Below, piece after piece: positions 9,064 to 27,354 of a stretch of DNA of 32,000 nucleotides. A program made the translations under genes and the position numbers. The stretch lies in NCBI RefSeq assembly GCF_000011805.1, contig NC_006840.2; one strand, 5' to 3'. How positions within the stretch are numbered: the stretch's first letter is position 1; the number at the start of each line of letters is the position of its first letter. The notes under the pieces are model-generated. The model saw only the letters and a program-made list of their open reading frames with translations, did not search any database and was not told the DNA's origin. Source of the stretch: Aliivibrio fischeri ES114. GTDB taxonomy: Bacteria; Pseudomonadota; Gammaproteobacteria; Enterobacterales; Vibrionaceae.

Positions 9064-9071
9064 ATAAGCAA
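9043..9071 (-). promoter_or_regulatory. Candidate sigma70 promoter of the zrg-like operon
   Basis: On the minus strand: TTGCTT (9071-9066), 17 nt, TACATT (9048-9043). The -10 is embedded in the Zur box. Confidence 0.4.
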
Positions 9072-9079
9072 GGCATTAT

Positions 9080-9631
9080 TTATAATTGAGTGTGAATTAG
9101 CGCAATAACTTGCTTAATTTCATCGTTTGATAACTTTCCTTCTTTAACAAAAAGAATTTTCCCTTCTTTATCTTGAACGATAATTGCTGAACTTTCAGGT
9201 TGTAAATCCCAAGCTTTGGCTACCTTACCGTGCTCATCTAATACCATTGAAGACCATGAAAACTCTTCTTTGCTTTCTTCAGCAGAAGACTTCACAAATC
9301 CACCAGTTCCCCAGATAGAATCATCTTGATTGATGATAGTTGTTGTTTGATATTCTGTTTCTGGGAACTTTTCTAATGTAATTGCACTCATAAGATCGGC
9401 GTTCATTGCTTTCGCACTGCTTCGACCTGCTATTGCCTGCAATACTCGAACTTTTCCTTTAAGTTGTTCAGTATTCCAGTTTTGATAGGTTGCAGCAGAG
9501 TTTTTAAAAAAGATTTCACCATACTGTTCAATTGAAACTGATGGAACTTCTTTATTAAGAGTTAGGTTGTGAGCAAATGAAAGAGAAGGGAGCAGACAAG
9601 CCGCAAGTGTAAGTAGTTTTACTTTTTTCAT
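9080..9631 (-). CDS. ytfJ: YtfJ-family periplasmic protein
   Basis: 183 aa, similar in size to E. coli YtfJ. Signal peptide MKKVKLLTLAACLLPSLSFA. It is adjacent to ytfK-msrA-tamAB, as in E. coli. I recall similarity in the C-terminal part (AIIVQDKEGKILFVKEGKLS). Confidence 0.7.
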   Translation of the reverse strand: MKKVKLLTLAACLLPSLSFAHNLTLNKEVPSVSIEQYGEIFFKNSAATYQNWNTEQLKGKVRVLQAIAGRSSAKAMNADLMSAITLEKFPETEYQTTTIINQDDSIWGTGGFVKSSAEESKEEFSWSSMVLDEHGKVAKAWDLQPESSAIIVQDKEGKILFVKEGKLSNDEIKQVIALIHTQL

Positions 9632-9721
9632 TTTTATTATCCTTGATGATTAACCTTCGTAGTTTAGTGTAGCGATAAGAAAAAAGCGATTCGACCAGTC
9701 TTTGTGGTTTTGATTTTCTCC

Positions 9722-9750
9722 TTGTTGAAAATAGTTTTGCTTCCTATAAT
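9722..9750 (+). promoter_or_regulatory. Candidate sigma70 promoter for ytfK
   Basis: TTGTTG (9722-9727), 17 nt, TATAAT (9745-9750), about 95 nt upstream of the ytfK start. Confidence 0.35.
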
Positions 9751-9844
9751 GTTAATCACTTGTTTTGTTTGTAATAAAACGGTGTGAATTGACGTTTGTT
9801 TTCAGGACTAATAAAACCTTTATATGGATAATCGGGGAATGGCT

Positions 9845-10054
9845 ATGTTTAGAAATTTTAAGGCTTATCGACCATTGCAAGTCGCTCGTTTTGTAAAAAC
9901 GTTATTTAAGGGTAATTTGCATATTGAAGGAATTGGAACTTTTGAGTTTGATGGCGGTAAAATTTTAATGCCAAATCAAGGAACTAAGAAAATGCTATTA
10001 GTTATGAGTGAAGTGAATCAACATATTCGTCAACTATCAATGATGCCAGCTTAA
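9845..10054 (+). CDS. ytfK: DUF1107 family protein YtfK
   Basis: MFRNFKAYRPLQVARFVKTLFKGNLHIEGIGTFEFDGGKILMP... aligns with E. coli YtfK ([40 protein letters not shown]...). The third ATG (9845) gives 69 aa and has ggggaa 7 nt upstream. The listed start at 9824 has no SD. Confidence 0.85.
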   Translation: MFRNFKAYRPLQVARFVKTLFKGNLHIEGIGTFEFDGGKILMPNQGTKKMLLVMSEVNQHIRQLSMMPA

Positions 10055-10076
10055 AATTATAGTAATAGTTAATAAG

Positions 10077-10105
10077 AGGTGCTCGTGGTCATGAGCACCT
10101 TTTTT
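10077..10105. terminator. Rho-independent terminator between ytfK (+) and msrA (-)
   Basis: aggtgctc (10077-10084), an 8-nt loop, gagcacct (10093-10100), then ttttt. Confidence 0.7.
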
Positions 10106-10107
10106 GT

Positions 10108-10686
10108 TTATATAAAACAAACACCAGTACCTTTTAAACCACAATAACCATCAGGATTTTTAGCTAAATATTGTTGGTGGTATTCTTCGGCAAAGTAAAA
10201 GGTTTGGAGTGGTACAATTTCCGTCGTAATAATTCGCATGATACCTTGTTTTTCTAAAGCTGCTTGGTATTGCTGTTGCGTTTGTTTCGCTGTTTCCTGT
10301 TGCGCTTTAGATGTTGTATAAATAGCTGAACGATATTGTGACCCAATATCGTTACCTTGTCGCATTCCTTCTGTCGGGTCGTGTTTTTGCCAGAAAGAAT
10401 GTAATAAGGTATTTAATGAAATTATTGTTGGGTCAAAAATGACTTTTACAACTTCAGTATGATTGGTTGTTCCTGTACAGACTTCTTTATAAGTAGGGTG
10501 TGATGTTACTCCTCCACTGTATCCAACCGCAGTAGAGTAGACACCTTCTAACTGCCAAAAAAGACGTTCAGCACCCCAGAAGCAACCCATACCAAAAAAT
10601 ATTTGCTCAAAATTTGGCGGTATGAATTCTAAATTACGTTGAGAAATAAAATGAAGTGGTGGTGACGTTGGTTGTTTAGTTGTCAT
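10108..10686 (-). CDS. msrA: Peptide-methionine (S)-S-oxide reductase
   Basis: 192 aa. The catalytic motif GMGCFWGAE and HDPT...[10 protein letters not shown]...[12 protein letters not shown] are typical of MsrA. Confidence 0.93.
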   Translation of the reverse strand: MTTKQPTSPPLHFISQRNLEFIPPNFEQIFFGMGCFWGAERLFWQLEGVYSTAVGYSGGVTSHPTYKEVCTGTTNHTEVVKVIFDPTIISLNTLLHSFWQKHDPTEGMRQGNDIGSQYRSAIYTTSKAQQETAKQTQQQYQAALEKQGIMRIITTEIVPLQTFYFAEEYHQQYLAKNPDGYCGLKGTGVCFI

Positions 10687-10800
10687 GTTGCATCCTTCAA
10701 CTGAGTTAATATAGAAGACATTTATCTTGTGCTACTCTATAAAACGAGTAAATTACCATTGCATATAATGTATTAATGAATCAATAGAATAATTACAAGT

Positions 10801-12522
10801 ATGATAAAGAAGTTACCTTTATTCATTATAGTCTGTTTGCTTGCTATCTCATCTCAAGCCTTAGCAGAAACAGAACTAGAAATAGAGGGATTAGAAGGAC
10901 CTTTACTGAGTAATGTTGAAGCATATATCTCAGGTATTCCAGAAGAAGACTATTCTGTCTCTCTTCGTTTCCAAGCTCGTCTTCAAGAAAGTATTACTGA
11001 TGCCTTAAAAGCTCTTGGTTATTACCAATCAACAACAACCTTTGTTGTTGAAGGGGATACATCTGATCGTACTTTGCTCGTAAATATAGACGCAGGCCAG
11101 CCTGTAATTATCTATGTTAGTGATATAGTAATTAGTGGTGAAGCTGCGGCAGATGAGGATTTTATTAACGCGGTCGATAACTCTGGATTAAATCTTGGTC
11201 AAGTGATTAACCATGGTCGATATGAAAGTTTAAAAAGTACATTACAAAATCTAGCCTTAAGAAAAGGGTATTTTGATGGCGACTTTACAACGAATAGATT
11301 GGAAATCGCTCCTGGACGACATCAGGCTATAGTTCGAATTCATTATGATAGTGGTAAACGATACAGTTTTGGTGAAACATCGATTGATGGTAGTCAAATT
11401 GAAGAAAAAAGAGTTCGTTCTATTATTCCATTTCAAGCAGGAGACCCTTATCTTGCAAGTCAAGTTGGTGAATTAAATCAATATCTTTCAAATACAGAGT
11501 GGTTTTCTTCTGTTTATGTTGAGCCAGATATCGACGCAGTTGGAAAAACATATCAATTGCCAATGAAAGTTCATCTTTCTCCTCAAGTAAGAAATCAATT
11601 AGAAACAAGTATTGGTTATGCAACTGACGTTGGTGCTAGGGGAAAAATTCGTTGGAAAAAGCCGTGGTTAAATCCGGAAGGACATAGTTTAGATACCGCC
11701 CTTTCAATTTCAAAACCAGAACAAGAAGCAACCATTTCTTATAAGATCCCGTTAGAGCAAGTTTTAAAAGATTACTACGTTGTTAAATATGGACTTAAAA
11801 ACGTAGATAACAATGATACGGATAGTTTGGAATCGAATTTAGCTTTTGAAAGACACTGGGTTTATGACTCAGGTTGGCATCGAACTATCTATACTCGTTT
11901 TTTATATGAAGAATTTACTCAAGGTGTACAAGATGGCACTGCATGGTTGGTGCTACCGGGGATCTCTTTTTCTAAGAGTCGCTCACGTGGTGGTACGATG
12001 CCAATGTGGGGAGATAAAAAAGCATTTACCATTGAGGCGACAGATCAAGCTTTAACATCGGATGTGAAGTTATTACGTTTACAAGCTCAAGGTGCGATTG
12101 TTCGTAGTATCGGAGAAAATCACAGAGGTGTAGCTCGTGCAGATATTGGTGCAATATATACTGATGATTTTTATAAGTTACCGCCATCAATTCGTTTTTT
12201 CGCTGGTGGTGATAATAGTATTCGTGGTTATGGATATGAAGAAGTATCTCCAAAAGACAGTGAAGGTTATTTAACTGGTGGCCAATATATGGCGACAGCT
12301 AGCCTTGAGTATCAATATCGAGTAGTCGGTAATTGGTGGGTTGCAACGTTTGTTGATTATGGTGATGCATGGTTAGATACTCCAGATTGGAAAATGGGTA
12401 CCGGTGTGGGTATACGATGGGCTTCGCCTGTAGGTCCAGTTCGACTCGATTTCGCATGGGGGCTTGATGCTGAGCCTGGAGACGAATTTAAAATCCACTT
12501 TACCTTGGGGCCTGAAGTATGA
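10801..12522 (+). CDS. tamA: Translocation and assembly module outer-membrane subunit TamA (Omp85 family)
   Basis: 573 aa. Signal peptide ...SSQALA, N-terminal POTRA-like region, C-terminal beta-barrel ending ...FKIHFTLGPEV. It is divergent from msrA and its stop overlaps the tamB ATG (ATGA), as in E. coli ytfM-ytfN. Confidence 0.88.
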   Translation: MIKKLPLFIIVCLLAISSQALAETELEIEGLEGPLLSNVEAYISGIPEEDYSVSLRFQARLQESITDALKALGYYQSTTTFVVEGDTSDRTLLVNIDAGQPVIIYVSDIVISGEAAADEDFINAVDNSGLNLGQVINHGRYESLKSTLQNLALRKGYFDGDFTTNRLEIAPGRHQAIVRIHYDSGKRYSFGETSIDGSQIEEKRVRSIIPFQAGDPYLASQVGELNQYLSNTEWFSSVYVEPDIDAVGKTYQLPMKVHLSPQVRNQLETSIGYATDVGARGKIRWKKPWLNPEGHSLDTALSISKPEQEATISYKIPLEQVLKDYYVVKYGLKNVDNNDTDSLESNLAFERHWVYDSGWHRTIYTRFLYEEFTQGVQDGTAWLVLPGISFSKSRSRGGTMPMWGDKKAFTIEATDQALTSDVKLLRLQAQGAIVRSIGENHRGVARADIGAIYTDDFYKLPPSIRFFAGGDNSIRGYGYEEVSPKDSEGYLTGGQYMATASLEYQYRVVGNWWVATFVDYGDAWLDTPDWKMGTGVGIRWASPVGPVRLDFAWGLDAEPGDEFKIHFTLGPEV

Positions 12523-15500
12523 GTTCCATTGAAATGAACGAAGAACATAACAATCAAGAGTTGAAGAAAAAACGACGTTTTAGTCGTCATTGTCTTTGTT
12601 TTGCTCTTTTTTTTCCATCAATACTATTATTACTCCTATTAATAATTGGTGCTGTTGTTTTTACTAATTCTGGATTAAAACTGATAGTTTGGGGGGCAGA
12701 AAAAGCGCTTCCTGAGTTATCAATTGAAGGGGTTGAAGGCAGCGTCATTCCTGAATTCACATTATCGAATATAACCTATGATAATAAACAGTTACTCAGT
12801 ACAGAGATTTCTCGTTTTCATTTTGCATTAACACCTAATTGTTTATTAATCCCTTCAGTTTGCATCGATGATATTTCTGTGGATGGACTGACGTTAGATT
12901 TTCCAACACTTCCAACTTCAAATGAAGAAGAGCCAACTGATACTGCTGAAAATACGTTGTTGTCGCTCCCTATCCCGATAGCAATAACCAATATTACTTT
13001 AAATAATATAGATGCGAATATTTTGGGAAATCATATTCAGTGGAAAGCATTTTCTACTGGAGTGAATATCTACAAAAGTGATTTAACATTAACGCCCTTG
13101 AACTGGGATCATATTCGTTTAGAGCTTGCTTCAAGTGAAAGCGCTTCTGAAAAAAATACAGAAAAACCAACATCGTCAAAAAAAGATGATGCACCTATCG
13201 TTTTACCTGAAGTATTTATTCCTTTAAATATAAAAGTGGAACAGTTCGCACTTCGTGATTTTATCCTGCAGCAAGAGACTCCCGTAAAAGTAAACAAACT
13301 AAATTTCAAGGCAACTGCTGGTGAAAATAACGCGAGTATTAATGATTTTTACTTGGATGTACCACAAGCAAATTTATCACTTAATAATGAGATAGTTTTA
13401 AAAGGAGATTATCCCCTTACCCTAGACGGACTTCTTGAGCTAAAAGAAACGGAACTAAAAGGTCATAAGTTAGCTATAGAGGCAGATGGAAGTGTTGCTG
13501 ATTTGAATGCTTCATTAACCTTGAGTGGTGGTTTAAAGGTTAAAGTCGATGCAAATGTTCATCCTTTAGATAAAAAATTTCCATTTGATGTACATGTTTA
13601 TAAAGGTGACCTGTACTGGCCATTAACTGGCGATAAAGATATTAAGGTTCAAATCCCCAATATAAAAACAAAAGGCAATCTTGAGGAATATAGCTTTGCG
13701 AGTGCTCTATATATAGAGGGAAAATCAATTCCTCAAACAGATATGCGCTTAGAAGGAAGAGGAACATTAGAGAAGGTCGATTTATCCGATTTATTAATTG
13801 ATACGTTAGGTGGTTCTATTTCAGGAAGTGCAGAAGTCAATTGGGCTTCATTGGTATCGTGGAAAACAGATATTAATTTGCTGAATATACAACCCGGATT
13901 ACAGTGGCCAGAAGCGGAAGGTGACATCAGTGGGCAATTGATCACTGATGGACATTTAACTAAAGATGGTGGATGGGTTGTTGATGTATCAACTATAGAT
14001 ATTAATGGTGTATTTAGAAATTACCCTTTATTAGTTCAGGGTGCATTAAAAGCGGATGATGTTCAAGGGGCGGGCGAACCACATGTAAACATTTCCCAGT
14101 TAACAATCAATCATGGTGATAACGGATTAGCAGTTTCTGGAGAGTTAAATAAAGAGTGGGATTTAAGTGTTGATATCGATTTTCCTGAATTATCAGATAG
14201 TGTACCGGATGTTTATGGAAAATTGATTGGTAATGTCGCATTAACCGGAGAGTTAACTAAACCTAGGGTTGATGTTGATATTAATGCATTAGGGCTACAG
14301 TTCCTTAAAAAAGCAACCTTAAATAAAGCGTCAATAGAAGGATATATTGTACCGTCCCCAACAATTGATGCAGATTTAAGTATTAAGCTATTAGACGGGA
14401 AATACCAAAAACAAGTATTGAATGATTTGAGCATTCGATTTAGTGGTAAAGAGCAAGCTCATAAATTACAAATAGATTTAAATTCAAATGTTATCGATTC
14501 TCATCTTGTGTTTAAAGGTGCTCTTGATCGAACTCAAGGTTGGAAGGGGGAATTAAGTGAAGCTGATGTTATCACTGACATTGGACCATGGAATTTAGAT
14601 AAAAAAGCTGATCTTGCTTACGACATTAAAAAAGAAGAATTATTTGTTCAGGCAAACTGCTGGAGTCAGGGGAAAACTGCTCTCTGCTTAAATAAAGATT
14701 TATATGCAGGGAAGTCTGGTGATGCTGATATTAGCATTAAACATTTTGAATTTAATAAACTACAAAAATTCATTCCAGAAGAAACCGTTATTAATGGCGA
14801 AGTTAATCTTGATGCATTAGCTAAGTGGTCTGTTGGTCAATCTCCTTATGTTAAAGCTAAATTGCATCTTCCAAAGGGTAATATTCAACAACAGATGGAA
14901 AGCCCTCTTATTATTGGTTGGGATGATTTTACTGTTAATGCTGAAATGAAAAATGATGAGTTAACTACTGATTGGCTACTAGCGTTAACTGATAATGGTC
15001 AACTAACAGGAAATATGAAAATTGATCAGTTAACAAAAGCAAAAACATTAACGGGTAATTCAAAAATAGAGAAAGTCTCATTAGCGATGTTAGAACCTAT
15101 CCTAGGGGAATACAGCCAGTTAAGGGCAATGGTGAATTCTGATATTGATATTTCTGGGCCAATAGAACACCCGAAATTGTCAGGTAATTTGAGTATCGAT
15201 GAGATAAAAGTCAAAGGTGAGGTATCTCCCGTCGATATTAATGAGGGAAATGTTGATATTGTCTTTTCTGGCCATAGCGGAAAATTAAGCTCATTAATTA
15301 CAACTGCTGATGGTGACTTGCATATTGAGGGTGCTGCGCATTGGAGTGACCTGAATAAGTGGGATGCTGGCTTAGATATTTTTGGCAACGAATTACAAGT
15401 TAATGTGCCACCAATGGTAAAACTCAAAGTTAAGCCCGATATGAAGATTCGAATTAATCCTACACTCGCTAAGATTACGGGGTCTATTGGTATACCGTGG

Positions 15501-16319
15501 GGTAGGATTGTTGTTCAAGAATTACCAGAGAGTGCCATTGGGGTATCTAAAGATGAAATCATTCTTGGTGATGATCTAAAACCAATAGAAAAACCATCAC
15601 CATTACCTATGACGGTTGAAACCGATATTAATATCAATATTGGTGATGATGTACTGCTATCAGCATTTGGTTTAGAAGGTGGGTTAGTTGGTAATCTTAA
15701 TATTACCCAAAAAAATAAAGGGCCATTTATTACAGGCGAAGTAAATATCGAAGAAGGGACATATCGTTCATTTGGGCAAGATTTACAAATTAGAAAAGGT
15801 AAAATTCTATTTAACGGTCCAGCAGACCAGCCTTATGTAGATATAAAGGCGGTTCGAAACCCTGAGAATACAAAAGATGATGTTGTTGCTGGTATTAAAG
15901 TTACAGGTCCAGCGGATACACCAAGAGTTGAAATCTTTTCATCACCAAGTATGCCTCAAGCAAATGCGCTTTCTTATTTATTAAGAGGGCAAGATATAGA
16001 TGGGGAGTCGGGCGGTAATGCCATGACAACCACTTTAATTGGATTAAGCTTGGCAAAAAGCGGAAAGGTTGTCGGTGAAATAGGTCAGGCATTCGGTGTG
16101 CAAGATCTACAATTAGATACGGCGGGTTCAGGAGAAGATTCACAAGTAACGATTAGTGGTTATATAGCCCCTGGATTACAAGTGAAGTATGGAGTCGGCA
16201 TATTTAATTCATTAGGTGAATTTACATTGAGGTATCGAATTATCAGTGACCTCTATATAGAAGCTGTATCAGGAGTAGATAATGCAGTGGATTTAATTTA
16301 CCAGTTTGAATTTGATTAA
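12519..16319 (+). CDS. tamB: Translocation and assembly module inner-membrane subunit TamB (DUF490 C-terminus)
   Basis: 1266 aa (E. coli TamB is about 1259 aa). It has an N-terminal signal-anchor helix (FFPSILLLLLLIIGAVVF), a long repetitive beta-rich body and a conserved C-terminal region ...GYIAPGLQVKYGVGIFNSLGEFTLRYRI.... Confidence 0.88.
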   Translation: MSSIEMNEEHNNQELKKKRRFSRHCLCFALFFPSILLLLLLIIGAVVFTNSGLKLIVWGAEKALPELSIEGVEGSVIPEFTLSNITYDNKQLLSTEISRFHFALTPNCLLIPSVCIDDISVDGLTLDFPTLPTSNEEEPTDTAENTLLSLPIPIAITNITLNNIDANILGNHIQWKAFSTGVNIYKSDLTLTPLNWDHIRLELASSESASEKNTEKPTSSKKDDAPIVLPEVFIPLNIKVEQFALRDFILQQETPVKVNKLNFKATAGENNASINDFYLDVPQANLSLNNEIVLKGDYPLTLDGLLELKETELKGHKLAIEADGSVADLNASLTLSGGLKVKVDANVHPLDKKFPFDVHVYKGDLYWPLTGDKDIKVQIPNIKTKGNLEEYSFASALYIEGKSIPQTDMRLEGRGTLEKVDLSDLLIDTLGGSISGSAEVNWASLVSWKTDINLLNIQPGLQWPEAEGDISGQLITDGHLTKDGGWVVDVSTIDINGVFRNYPLLVQGALKADDVQGAGEPHVNISQLTINHGDNGLAVSGELNKEWDLSVDIDFPELSDSVPDVYGKLIGNVALTGELTKPRVDVDINALGLQFLKKATLNKASIEGYIVPSPTIDADLSIKLLDGKYQKQVLNDLSIRFSGKEQAHKLQIDLNSNVIDSHLVFKGALDRTQGWKGELSEADVITDIGPWNLDKKADLAYDIKKEELFVQANCWSQGKTALCLNKDLYAGKSGDADISIKHFEFNKLQKFIPEETVINGEVNLDALAKWSVGQSPYVKAKLHLPKGNIQQQMESPLIIGWDDFTVNAEMKNDELTTDWLLALTDNGQLTGNMKIDQLTKAKTLTGNSKIEKVSLAMLEPILGEYSQLRAMVNSDIDISGPIEHPKLSGNLSIDEIKVKGEVSPVDINEGNVDIVFSGHSGKLSSLITTADGDLHIEGAAHWSDLNKWDAGLDIFGNELQVNVPPMVKLKVKPDMKIRINPTLAKITGSIGIPWGRIVVQELPESAIGVSKDEIILGDDLKPIEKPSPLPMTVETDININIGDDVLLSAFGLEGGLVGNLNITQKNKGPFITGEVNIEEGTYRSFGQDLQIRKGKILFNGPADQPYVDIKAVRNPENTKDDVVAGIKVTGPADTPRVEIFSSPSMPQANALSYLLRGQDIDGESGGNAMTTTLIGLSLAKSGKVVGEIGQAFGVQDLQLDTAGSGEDSQVTISGYIAPGLQVKYGVGIFNSLGEFTLRYRIISDLYIEAVSGVDNAVDLIYQFEFD

Positions 16320-16446
16320 AATAGGTCAAATGTGGATAACTTTGTGGGTAAGCTGTTGCCATGATAAGGGTAAAAAAAGATAAGTTTTCTTTTGAATAAA
16401 ATGCCATCAAACAAGCATAAAATATAAAAAAAAAGCTATTTTATGC

Positions 16447-16474
16447 TTGCTAATGAAATCGAACTCCCTATAAT
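16447..16474 (+). promoter_or_regulatory. rrn operon 1 promoter P1
   Basis: TTGCTA, 16 nt, TATAAT followed by the GC-rich discriminator gcgacc. The core aactccctataatgcg is nearly identical to E. coli rrnB P1. An A/T-rich UP-element-like tract lies at 16415-16445. Confidence 0.75.
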
Positions 16475-16560
16475 GCGACCTCACTGACACGGAGCGCTCA
16501 ACCAAGAGCTGCAAAGGGTTGGTAAGAAAAACGGTTTGAAAATTAAATTTAAAAAAGTGT

Positions 16561-16588
16561 TTGACACGAAAGTTTAATTAGCTAAAAT
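16561..16588 (+). promoter_or_regulatory. rrn operon 1 promoter P2
   Basis: TTGACA (16561-16566), 16 nt, TAAAAT (16583-16588), about 115 nt downstream of P1. This is the classic tandem rrn promoter layout. Confidence 0.65.
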
Positions 16589-16637
16589 GACCGTCCTCTT
16601 CACAGAGAAGCGGAAACGCTTTGAAAGTAGAAGAAAA

Positions 16638-16650
16638 GCTCTTTAAAAAT
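16638..16650 (+). promoter_or_regulatory. boxA antitermination element, leader of rrn operon 1
   Basis: gctctttaaaaat compared with the boxA consensus TGCTCTTTAACAA. Confidence 0.6.
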
Positions 16651-16817
16651 TAGAAACCTATTAATCTGTGTGGGCACTTGTGAATTGATAATCACTATTT
16701 GCGAAAGCAAATAACTAATCAATGAGCTGAGTGACTGCACAAAATTACTTTTATGTAACAATCAGTATTAATCATTGAGTCGGTTTTGTTTCTGCTGAAA
16801 CAAACCAAAAAAACTTT

Positions 16818-18370
<1,553 letters not shown>

Positions 18371-18437
18371 AACGATAGATTGCGATTTATGAGTGTTCAC
18401 ACAGATTAATTAGGTTTTGAATTTAGAGTATCTTAGT

Positions 18438-18513
18438 GTCCCGTTCGTCTAGAGGCCTAGGACACCGCCCTTTCACGGCGGTAACAGGGGTTCGACTCCC
18501 CTACGGGATACCA
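18438..18513 (+). tRNA. tRNA-Glu (UUC) in the 16S-23S spacer
   Basis: gtcccgttcgtctagaggcctaggacaccgccctttcacggcggtaacaggggttcgactcccctacgggatacca is near-identical to E. coli tRNA-Glu. The anticodon loop is CTTTCAC and the CCA is encoded. Confidence 0.95.
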
Positions 18514-18573
18514 TCTTTAAGTATTCTCTCTTTGAGAGTCTTTAAAAATGGTTACACGCATAAGCGTGGAATC

Positions 18574-18586
18574 GCTCTTTAACAAT
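18574..18586 (+). promoter_or_regulatory. boxA element in the spacer of rrn operon 1
   Basis: gctctttaacaat is an exact boxA core, located upstream of 23S. Confidence 0.6.
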
Positions 18587-18788
18587 TTGGAAAGCTGACT
18601 GATTTAAATAACTTACGAGTTATCTAAATCAAAATTTAAAAGTTCTTAATATCCTTTGTTTTACTCTGTAAAACGAAGAACAACACATTCAAGTGTTCTT
18701 GTATTTTGAATCCGGCGAAAAACCAGAACTCGCAATGACGAGTTCAACCTTGGTTGTTTATGCCATACGAAACCTCTTGGGGTTGTAT

Positions 18789-21679
<2,891 letters not shown>

Positions 21680-21773
21680 ACAACACCCAAGGGGTTTTGA
21701 ACGGATTTGAAGTTGCAAGAAACGAATTGAATGTGCATTAAGAACACAATATAGCTTTCCGAATTAAAGAATT

Positions 21774-21893
21774 TGCTTGGCGACCATAGCGTTATGGACC
21801 CACCTGATCCCATGCCGAACTCAGAAGTGAAACGTAATAGCGCCGATGGTAGTGTGGGGTTTCCCCATGTGAGAGTAGGACATCGCCAGGCTT
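21774..21893 (+). rRNA. rrf: 5S ribosomal RNA, copy 1
   Basis: tgcttggcgaccatagcg...ccgaactcagaagtgaaacg...gagagtaggacatcgccaggct; 120 nt, collinear with E. coli 5S. Confidence 0.95.
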
Positions 21894-21906
21894 GAATTTG
21901 AATGAG

Positions 21907-21934
21907 AGCCCGTTCAGTTGAACGGGCTTTTATT
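21907..21934 (+). terminator. Rho-independent terminator of rrn operon 1
   Basis: agcccgttc (21907-21915), agtt loop, gaacgggct (21920-21928), then ttttattt. Confidence 0.8.
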
Positions 21935-22018
21935 TCGCTCCCAGACTGTCACTGTGAGCCAAGTCAACATAACGTTTTTAACGATTCAAAAATAATTGAA
22001 AAAGTTGAAAATATTATC

Positions 22019-22046
22019 TTGACTTTCAAATCAGACAGCGTATTAT
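22019..22046 (+). promoter_or_regulatory. rrn operon 2 promoter
   Basis: TTGACT (22019-22024), 16 nt, TATTAT (22041-22046), then the discriminator acgcagcc. An A/T-rich UP-like tract (aaaataattgaaaaagttgaaaatatt) lies immediately upstream. I recognised only one promoter for this operon. Confidence 0.65.
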
Positions 22047-22094
22047 ACGCAGCCTGAAACAACGAAGCGGAAACGCTAAGTGGTTGAAAGACAA

Positions 22095-22107
22095 GCTCTT
22101 TAACAAT
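22095..22107 (+). promoter_or_regulatory. boxA antitermination element, leader of rrn operon 2
   Basis: gctctttaacaat is an exact boxA core. Confidence 0.6.
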
Positions 22108-22290
22108 TTAACCAAATCAATCTGTGTGGGCACTTGTGAATTGATAATCACTATTTGCGAAAGCAAATAACTAATCAATGAACTGAGTGACTACACAAAA
22201 TTACTTTTATGTAACAATCAGTATTAATCATTGAGTCGGTTTTGTTTCTGCTTCTCTTTATAGAAAAGACAGAGCAACCAAAAAAACTTT

Positions 22291-23842
<1,552 letters not shown>

Positions 23843-23911
23843 AACGATAGATTGCGATTTATGAGTGTTCACACAGATTGGTTAGGTTAAAAAATTAAGA
23901 GACTTAATGTT

Positions 23912-23988
<77 letters not shown>

Positions 23989-24025
23989 ATACTTCTCCAG
24001 AAAGTATTGGATAACATTATATTTC

Positions 24026-24101
24026 GGGGCTATAGCTCAGCTGGGAGAGCGCCTGCCTTGCACGCAGGAGGTCTGCGGTTCGATCCCGCATAGCTCCACC
24101 A
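24026..24101 (+). tRNA. tRNA-Ala (UGC) in the 16S-23S spacer
   Basis: ggggctatagctcagctgggagagcgcctgccttgcacgcaggaggtctgcggttcgatcccgcatagctccacca. It has the G3:U70 identity pair and the anticodon loop CTTGCAC. Confidence 0.95.
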
Positions 24102-24159
24102 TCTTTAAGTATTCTCCTTGAGAGTCTTTAAAAATGGTTACACGCATAAGCGTGAAATC

Positions 24160-24172
24160 GCTCTTTAACAAT
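24160..24172 (+). promoter_or_regulatory. boxA element in the spacer of rrn operon 2
   Basis: gctctttaacaat. Confidence 0.6.
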
Positions 24173-24374
24173 TTGGAAAGCTGACTGATTTAAATAACTT
24201 ACGAGTTATTCAAATCAAAATTTAAAAGTTCTTAATATCCTTTGTTTTACTTTGTAAAACGAAGAACAACACATTCAAGTGTTCTTGTATTTTGAATCCG
24301 GCGAAAAACCAGAACTCGCAATGACGAGTTCAACCTTGGTTGTTTATGCCATACGAAACCTCTTGGGGTTGTAT

Positions 24375-27265
<2,891 letters not shown>

Positions 27266-27354
27266 ACAACACCCAAGGGGTTTTGAACGGATTTGAAGTT
27301 GCAAGAAACGAATTGAATGTGCATTAAGAATTAAGCTTTCCGAATTAAAGAATT

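Noticed and set aside
9824-9844. The longer YtfK start, MDNRGMA....
   Set aside because: There is no SD before 9824. The ATG at 9845 has ggggaa at proper spacing and gives the 69-aa length, which aligns end-to-end with E. coli YtfK.
11257-16143. Antisense or out-of-frame ORFs inside tamA/tamB, for example 11257..11463, 11423..11623, 12026..12253, 13109..13309 and 15026..15427 (133 aa).
   Set aside because: They are fully embedded in, and mostly opposite to, long well-supported genes. Their products are low-complexity with no SD or motifs. These are typical shadow ORFs in AT-rich coding sequence.
16413-16448. An 11-bp inverted repeat, aagcataaaat / attttatgctt, with an A-rich 14-nt loop, considered as a tamB terminator or an operator over the rrn P1 -35.
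   Set aside because: It is made entirely of the A/T-rich UP-element/-35 region of P1. No U-tract follows on either strand. It is most simply explained by low-complexity AT sequence.
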